From: Eledone cirrhosa
Taxonomy: Eukaryota
Assembly: GCA_964016885.1 (NCBI GenBank)
Contig: OZ024744.1
Location: 46,376,001-46,440,000 of the forward strand
Length of the DNA stretch: 64,000 nucleotides
Direction of reading: 5' to 3'
Shown: positions 56,622 through 64,000 of the stretch, piece by piece
Position numbering within the stretch: position 1 is the stretch's first letter
Layout: each line of letters opens with the position of its first letter
The notes under the pieces: generated by a model
What the model was told of the DNA's origin: nothing
Seen by the model: only the letters and a program-made list of their open reading frames with translations
Database searches by the model: none
Program-made: the position numbers and the translations under genes

Positions 56622-58370
56622 GGTAAATTTATTCAGGATACATAATATTGTTATTTAATAGAGAAATAAAAAGAGATAGAAAGGAAATGAAGCAACGAAC
56701 AAAGGGGGAAGGATTAAAAAAGGGCAGATCTGACTGTATAGGAAAGTAGGCGAAAGGACTATAAATACTATGAATGAGAGGAAACGGAGGGGAAAACAAA
56801 GACTATGAGGTCACGGAAGAGAGGGAGGAGGGATAGGAGGGATGTCTGGGGCCAGGTGGTGTTTGGGCTGCGCACCGCGGACAAAATTGCAAAGACATTT
56901 CCGCAGACAATGGCAAGCGACACCGCTGCAACAACCACGCCACCTAGCGGGGTCCCTTCTTCAGACGAGCTACTGTTCTGATTTTACGGAGGAGTTCGGC
57001 AATGTGTAGTCTGTGGACGCCTGAGTTGCTAACGGTGACCGATGCAAAGAGAAAGCGGCCGGACAAGCCCCGGTACAGGCTTGTCTTCCTGTCCTCTGTA
57101 TTGTGGGCCGAAATACCGGGGTTTGTGGTGGAGAACGTATTACAGCAATTAGCGTCTCAGGTGAGGGATTTACCTCCTACGAATGAAAACAGGGTAATTC
57201 CACCGGGGCGCTTGGCGTCTCCACTGTCGAGGCTTGCTGGCTCCAGTTGTGGTGGGAAACCACCTGAGTCCAGTTTCGTTCTCAGTATGTCGTTGTCATG
57301 GGCATGTCGGGAGAACATGCCTGCGTTCTAGCGGCATGACAGTGGGTGCAGCCCAAACTCGCCAACGACATCCCCACAACAGTATTTATGTGAATCTCAC
57401 ACGTGGAGGCCGAGGCGTTGGGCCACTCCAATGTGTATGCACTCGTAATCAAGGGTACTGGTTGATGAAGAGAGCATAGATTTGAGCCAGGTATCGCTGT
57501 GTGGCTGTGCGAAGCAGATCGGAAGCCACGAGGCAGTGTTCGTCGAAGCCAGACTCAATTCGCCTGAATTAAGATCTGCACTTAATTCCGTCCCACTCAC
57601 GTGGGAATTTTGTATACTGGGAAACAGAGAGGCCTTTGCCTGTCCAGTCGTTCGGGGCCTGTTCAGGTTATGTGGTCACGTCAGATTTGGCTGTTTTGCT
57701 GAGAACCTCGCTGGATAAGATTGAGGAGAGGTAGGCCAGCAGTGCCAAATCCGAAGCGGATCGGAGGTCGGGGCCACTGAACTTCGCTGGAAGCTTCACT
57801 TGTTCCCACCTGGTGCTGTCCAAACTGACATTGCAGATGAGTTTTGCACAGCGTCGGATGGTAGCATCGAGTTCCCCGAGGTAATCTGCGTGTTGGTGTC
57901 AAGGTGCACCACGCAGAGTCAATTGAAATGTTGGAAGGGCGAAGTAGTTTCTCAGCCGGGTGAGCGTCGATGATGCACAGCCTCTCTGCCATTCCTGACA
58001 GGTCTGCATGCTTGACCACCAGGAAGTCCCTTATGGCTTTCGAGAGAATTGGAGAGCCGAGAATGTAGAGCACGAGACAAGACTGAATTGGTGGTGAGTA
58101 CGATGTCGTGGAATTCAGCCTCCCCGTAGATAACATTAATCACTTCGGACATGAATGGGATGATCTCGAGTCCGAGGAGCTAGGATGATTAGCCGAAGGT
58201 CCTCAACTACTGTCTCAGCCGAGGCAATCATGGTCGTATTTTTCAGGTAACAAAAGTTAAAGGGCGACCGGACAGCGTGCGACGTGGATAGCTGCCAGTG
58301 CAAAGAGAGACGGGCCGAGTGTGTCTCCATCCTGAACATTTGTAGAGGAAGTAGCCTTGTCAGCGGCCAT
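56622..58370 (-). mobile_element. CRE-like non-LTR retrotransposon remnant (RT C-terminal half to 3' UTR)
   Basis: ILGSPILSKAIR...ERLCIIDAHPA and a WEQVKLP motif, then degenerate RLE; AATAAA at the minus-strand 3' end next to (CAA)n; homologous to 63545-64000. Confidence 0.7.
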
Positions 58371-58689
58371 GAGTATACTGGGTCTTCCGTACGGAAGATG
58401 AGTTAGGTCAATAAAGTGGGCTCGTCAAAGACTCGTTTATAACAAGCTTGCTTGTTATATTAACAACTAGCTTCTACTAGGATATTGAAGTGGTAAAACT
58501 ACGCTCTTAATAATGTAATACAGGTTGAATCATAGCGGTAAGGTATCAGTAGATGAGGAGACAAAATTCTCTGATACACGTACAAATAATCTCTTATATT
58601 TTCTATTAAAAACAACTCTAGTTATATCTACACCTAGTTTATCTTAAATCTTGTAAAATAACATTGTTCTGTATAATTCTACATTATTT

Positions 58690-59163
58690 AAATATAAGTA
58701 TGTATACGTACATACATATATGTATACAGACGTACAGTAGTATGTATATATATATATATATATACATACATGCACACATATATATATATGTACGTATGGA
58801 TTCACCGAACATTTATTATAATGTTCAGTGTGTTTGTAAACAAACATCCCGAATTAAGCCGTACATCGTTGCTCATTTGTTCAACACTGACAAAGGAACG
58901 CTGTACTAGTTTCAAGCTTATTAGCTGTCGTCAGCAACGTATACCTTCCAGCCAGATGATTGAACGTCTGAAAGTATATACTTTCCTTATGCATATTAAC
59001 GGCTCAGCAGCCTGATTTTCATATCGAGTGAGTTCATCGGCCGGGGTACCGGAAACGATAAACGGAAAAAATGAAACGAAATTTCATTTCTCACTCTTAG
59101 TACGGCTGTTACTTAAATATAAGTATGTATAGTACATACATATATGTATACAGACGTACAGTA

Positions 59164-59211
<48 letters not shown>

Positions 59212-59451
59212 GCACACATATATATATATATATGTACGTATGGATTCACCGAACATTTATTATAATGCTCGGTGTGTTTGTAAACAAACATCCCGAATTA
59301 AGCCGTACAGTGTCTAGCAACCATCGTTGCTCATTTGTTCAACACTGACAAAGGAACGCTGTACTAGTTTCATGTATGTACGTATACATACTTATATTTA
59401 AGTAACAGCCGTACTAAGAGTGAGAAATGAAATTTCGTTTCATTTTTTCGG
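58690..59451 (-). mobile_element. Candidate retrozyme: 1.6 tandem units (425 bp period) plus inverted arm
   Basis: Unit starts at 58690 and 59115; second unit stops at 59372 inside the HHR; 59373-59451 is the reverse complement of ~59063-59140; homologous to 48714-49184. Confidence 0.75.
58898..58940 (-). ncRNA. Minimal type I hammerhead ribozyme, intact core
   Basis: ACGTTG-CTGACGA-CAGCTaataAGCTT-GAAA-CTAG-TA/CAGCGT. Confidence 0.85.
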
Positions 59452-59789
59452 TCTATATTATTTAATTATCTACATTTCCAAATAAATAATTCTCATACAA
59501 TTTAGCCTGATATTTCAGTTATTCTCTGAAAACCAGACCTTAGGTAATTCGTGCCCCAGTTTGACCGTAAAATACAGGTTACAACTGAAACATACCTCAG
59601 ACTGGGGTGTAGAGTCTGCCCCCCCCCCTGTCCCTAGCTTGATTCTCTTTTTTTTTTATCTTCTTTCTATTTTTTAAATTTAAATATCATTTGTTTACAG
59701 ATATTTTGAAGTACAGTGTTGCCCCACCCCAAACTTGTTTTAAATACACACACACATCTACACATACATATATACATAAACATCCACAC

Positions 59790-60125
59790 ACATCTACACA
59801 TACATATACATAAACAGACGTACACAACCACAAGATACGTATTACATCCGCACACATATCTACACATACATATACATAACCAGACGTACACAGCCAATAG
59901 ATAGATACACATTACATACACACACATAGCTACATATACATATACATAACCAGACGTACACAGCCAATAGATAGATACACATTACATACACACACATAAC
60001 TACATATACATATACATAACCAGACGTACACAGCCAATAGATAGACACACATTACATACACACACATATCTACACATACATATACATAACCAGACGGACA
60101 GACACTAGATAGATACATATTACAC
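59790..60125. repeat. 70 bp tandem repeat, ~5 units
   Basis: cagacgtacacagccaatag recurs at 59881, 59951 and 60021, with variants at 59815 and 60091. Confidence 0.9.
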
Positions 60126-60129
60126 CAGC

Positions 60130-62331
60130 GTCTGGTGTGGCCCTCTGTGCCAGAGGAATCGTTCGATGACAGGCCACCAAACTCTGGGTAAAGTAAGGAA
60201 GGTGGTTAGGAAAGCAAGGGTAAATCATTACCGGGGCTAAACGTAATACCCTACCTATTGTACAAGAAATGTCCCAGAGTCCTTGAGTTGCTCCACAAAA
60301 TGATAAGATCTGCCTGGAAGAACTTGAAGATCAGTGACCAATAGATGAGAACCAAAGGTGTGTACATTCTGAAAGAGCAGAACTCAAGCGATATAAACCA
60401 ATTCAGACCAAAAACACATCTGAACGTTGAAGGAAGAACATTCTTCATTGTTATGGCAGCTAGGATAACTAGATACCTCACAGAGAATAAGTACTTGAAT
60501 ATGTCATGTCCGAAGGGAGAGTCATCCATGGAGAGTCTGATTGTTTAGAGTATACCTCAATGATTTGGGAGGTAATCCAAAGAACTAAAGCTGAAAAGAG
60601 AGGTATTGATGTGGTGTGGCTTGATCTGGTTAGAACCTACAGTTTGATCCCATACAAGATAATCCAACTAGCTCTCAAAATGTATCATGTTCCAAAGAAC
60701 ATCAAGGAATTGCTAAAGAAGTATTTTCATGGGTTCTCGACGTGATTCTTCACCAAAGAGTACACCACCATCTGGATCAATTGAGAGATTAGCAATGGGC
60801 TGTGTAATCTCACTATACCGTTTGTATTGGCAAAAGACTCGGGAGATATTATGATGACTCTCTGAAAGACACGAACAGAGGAAACGGAACGAAGCTAATG
60901 TTGGTGAAGGGTCTGCAGGTCATAGACCAATGTGACCTCTCTAGCAAACATATGTCTGCAGTTTACGTTGATCCCAAATCTTCTCAAATATCTGCTGACG
61001 GTCAAAATCAACAAAGATACAAGTGGCTTGGTGTCCCACTGATGTTGCACTCTACTGTCGCTAGGTCAAGTTGATGCTACATCTCAAAGCCATCGTTGAG
61101 GAATACAAAGTCGGAAAAGCCAGGCTCTTTACCAAGCTTGATGACTCGCAAGACAATGTCGTGAGAGCGATTTGGTGAAAGCTGATGGCAGGCAGTAAGT
61201 TGAAAGTTTCTGAGACGGTAGATGCAGAGAAAATATGGGACATACTCAGGTTCATGGGCAGAGTGGTAAGATTCTAGGGAAAAGATGAAGAGAGATCTGA
61301 TTTTAAAGGTGAAAAAAGAAGAGGATGCCAGAATACTCCCGAAGACAGTACAGTAGAATTGACAGGTCCAATGGATGACGTGGAAATGTGCAATCCAGGG
61401 TATCTCGGAATGACGTGTGACATATGGCACCTCTTGTGTTTAATTTACTCCTCAGATCCTTTATGGTATCCTGCCATCGAATATGGACCTAGTGAAGTGG
61501 GTGAAATCAAATAACCTTGAGTGCCCATTCTGCCAGGGTAGACAGACAGTGGAACACATTCGGACCTAATACAGAGTAACACTAGCCCAAGGAAGATACA
61601 CATAGAAACACAATCTTAGGGAGATCGTACATGAGGTAAGTATAGCTAATGTAAAATCCGCAGTACAGAATCTCCAACAACCTTCTACACGAGAGGGAGC
61701 AGCTAATCATGGCCAGGAGTAGCTCTATCATACAGGGCACGGGAATAGAGTCTTCTGGGTGGTACAGAAGACTGGGTGTGTACAGCAAACCTCACTGAAT
61801 CGGTAAAGCAACTAGAAATCACCAGAAAGAATGGCTTGAAGCCGGATATCATCCTCCATTCCAGTTCATCAAAACAGGTGATTTTGATTCAACTCACCTT
61901 GCCATCAGCAGACTAGAAAAGGCACGTGTTTAACACCGATTATACGTTTGGCCAACAGCCAGGGGGAAGTCAATTTCTGGCTCAAAGTTATCACCACATA
62001 AGTTGGAACCAGAGGTTTTGTGGCTAAATCTACCTACAATATCATGAAACAACTTTCAGGATCTGGGAATAACAGGACCAAAGTCATGAAACCAGCGGAG
62101 AGGAGTTCCAGCTGGATATTGTCGAGGAAGAACAAAACAAATGTTGGAGGGCATTATGTTTGTATGTTAACGTGTGTTAAGAGAAGTAATATCCATGAGC
62201 TCTGTTGCTTCAGACAGGAACCTCTGGAAGGCGTTTATTGAGGATCCTGTCTCCATGACCCTCACAAAAATAACTGGAGGAAGAAGAAGAAGAAGAAGAA
62301 GAAGAAGAAGAAGAAGAAGAAGAAGAAGAAG

Positions 62332-62361
<30 letters not shown>
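60130..62361 (+). mobile_element. HERO-like RLE non-LTR retrotransposon, heavily degenerate, ending in (AAG)n
   Basis: GVYILKEQNSSDINQFRP...LNVEG, CLEYTSMIW...VVWLDL, VEEYKVGKARL, CPFC...TVEHI knuckle, LKPDII, RGFV; (AAG)n at 62281-62361. Confidence 0.78.
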
Positions 62362-62362
<1 letters not shown>

Positions 62363-63544
62363 CATATCTATCTATATACCTACCTATCTATCTAGCTCAA
62401 AACTTTCTGCAGCGTCTATCTTATGACGTCCCACACGCTACTCCTACTGTCACTGTTGTTTCTACTCTTATTGCTACCACAGCTATCTCCCACCAACACC
62501 ACCAAAGTGAGATGTGAATGAGTGAGTGAGGCTGTATGTTTACTTAGGGGAGAGAATTACATGATTGACTGTATATTATGACACTGACACTCATACGCAC
62601 ACTCACACAAACCTACACATACACACACAAGTAATGGTCGTCTGCTGGAATGATATAGGAATAGAACAAATACAGAAAGACACTATTAGGTCGTCAGTTT
62701 GATACTAGGCGAAAGTTTGCTAAGAGTGAACGTAACAGTGGAAATCGCTAATTTCATGATCTGGATGTTCTGTTGTTTCAACAATTGGACCACTCTATTC
62801 TTTCTTCTCAAAACCTTTTATATTTCATCTTACTCATATTTGTCATCCATAATTTTTCGCCCTGGAAGCAATTGACAAATTCATTTAAAAACAGTGTCTC
62901 TTCAGAAAATTACGTTATCAATATTAATACAGCACATAATAATGATAACCATTTCAATGCAACTACTAACTTAAACAATAATAATATTAATGATGTAAGG
63001 AAAATTTCAAATAGCTCAGAAAGAAAGCGCCAAAAGAGAAAGGAAATTTGACAGAAAAAAAGAAGAGATGAAATAAGAGAGGAAAATAGATTGGCACATA
63101 AGAGGAAACTTGGCAGAAGAAAGAAGAGATGAATTAAGAGAGGAAAATAGAATTTCTCACAATAAAGCATGACATTCTCAGACTACGGAGGTACAAAAAA
63201 TTGTAACTCAAGTAAAAAGATCAAGGTATGTTGAACTACGTAGTTCTGTTAAATCGTTTACAAATGCAGCATTTGAATATGATTCAAGTAAAAATGATGA
63301 TAATTTTATTTTATGATAAGTTTATTTTATCGGTGATTTAAATGAACAAATTAATATTAGGTAGCTAAGGGTAGAAGAGTATTCACATTTAAAAGATTCT
63401 CTAAATAATGAAGGAGTACTCAATGCAGAAGAATTAGGTAGCGCTGTATATTTATAACATTCACTTGCAGTCCTAAATAAAACGAAATCATGGAGAACCC
63501 ATAAAAAGGTAAAAAACCCAAAGATAGGCACGACATAATTGCAA

Positions 63545-64000
63545 ATGCTTTCAAGCCACCATCCGACGTTGTGCAAAACTCATCTGCAATGTCAGGTTCG
63601 ACAGCGCCGACTGGGAAGAGGTGAAGATTTGAGTGAGGTTCGGTGGCCTCGGCCTCCGATTCGGATTTGGCACTGCTTGCCTATCTCTCCTCAACCTCCT
63701 CCAATCACACCCTCGTCATCGAGGTCCTCAGCAAGACAGCCAGACCTGACGTGACCACATAGCTTGAGCAGGCTCAGGACAATTGGACAGGTGAAGGTCT
63801 CTCTGTTATCCAGTATACAAAGTTCCAACGCAAATGCAGATCTTCCTTCAGCAGGATCGAGTCTGTCTTCGAAGAACACTGCCTCGCTTGCCTCCGATGT
63901 GCTTCGCAGTCAAACAGCGATGCATTGCTCAAATCTGTGTTCTCATCAACTGGTTCCCTTCTTGATGACGAGTGCATACACATCAGAGTGGCCCAACGCC
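63545..64000 (+). mobile_element. CRE-like non-LTR fragment (continues off window)
   Basis: Reverse-complement homolog of ~57420-57865 (ccatccgacg.tgtgcaaaactcatctgcaatgtcag). Confidence 0.75.

Noticed and set aside
58950-58986. Second, plus-strand hammerhead in the retrozyme unit (CAGATGA...GAAA-GTATATAC-TT)
   Set aside because: The core has a substitution, stem II is weak and no stem I can form; more likely a simple palindrome or hairpin.

Overview
AT-rich, repeat-saturated eukaryotic DNA, most likely from an octopod cephalopod (inferred from an octopus-type tRNA-derived SINE and (TA)n/(TATG)n seas). I found no host protein-coding exon; nearly all short ORFs in the track are microsatellite or antisense artefacts. 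The first ~28 kb is a nest of Penelope-like retroelements (PLEs) of several families inserted into (TA)n tracts. Almost all share one architecture: two oppositely oriented arms, one of which carries an extra tail. Many arms carry hammerhead ribozymes (HHRs) that can be read directly from the sequence. One minus-strand ORF missing from the ORF track (ATG at 2710, open past the window edge) fuses two different PLE families in frame. The rest of the window holds an R4/Dong-like LINE, two Gypsy remnants with tRNA-Trp primer binding sites, hAT transposase relics, CRE-like and HERO-like non-LTR remnants, SINEs, Helitron-like ends and minisatellites. The best candidate for an undescribed system is a ~425-430 bp non-coding repeat with an intact, co-varying HHR, present at two loci (48.7-49.2 kb and 58.7-59.45 kb). 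It has the features expected of a PLE-mobilised, circular-RNA retrozyme. Family and clade names come from motif recognition by eye, not from database searches.
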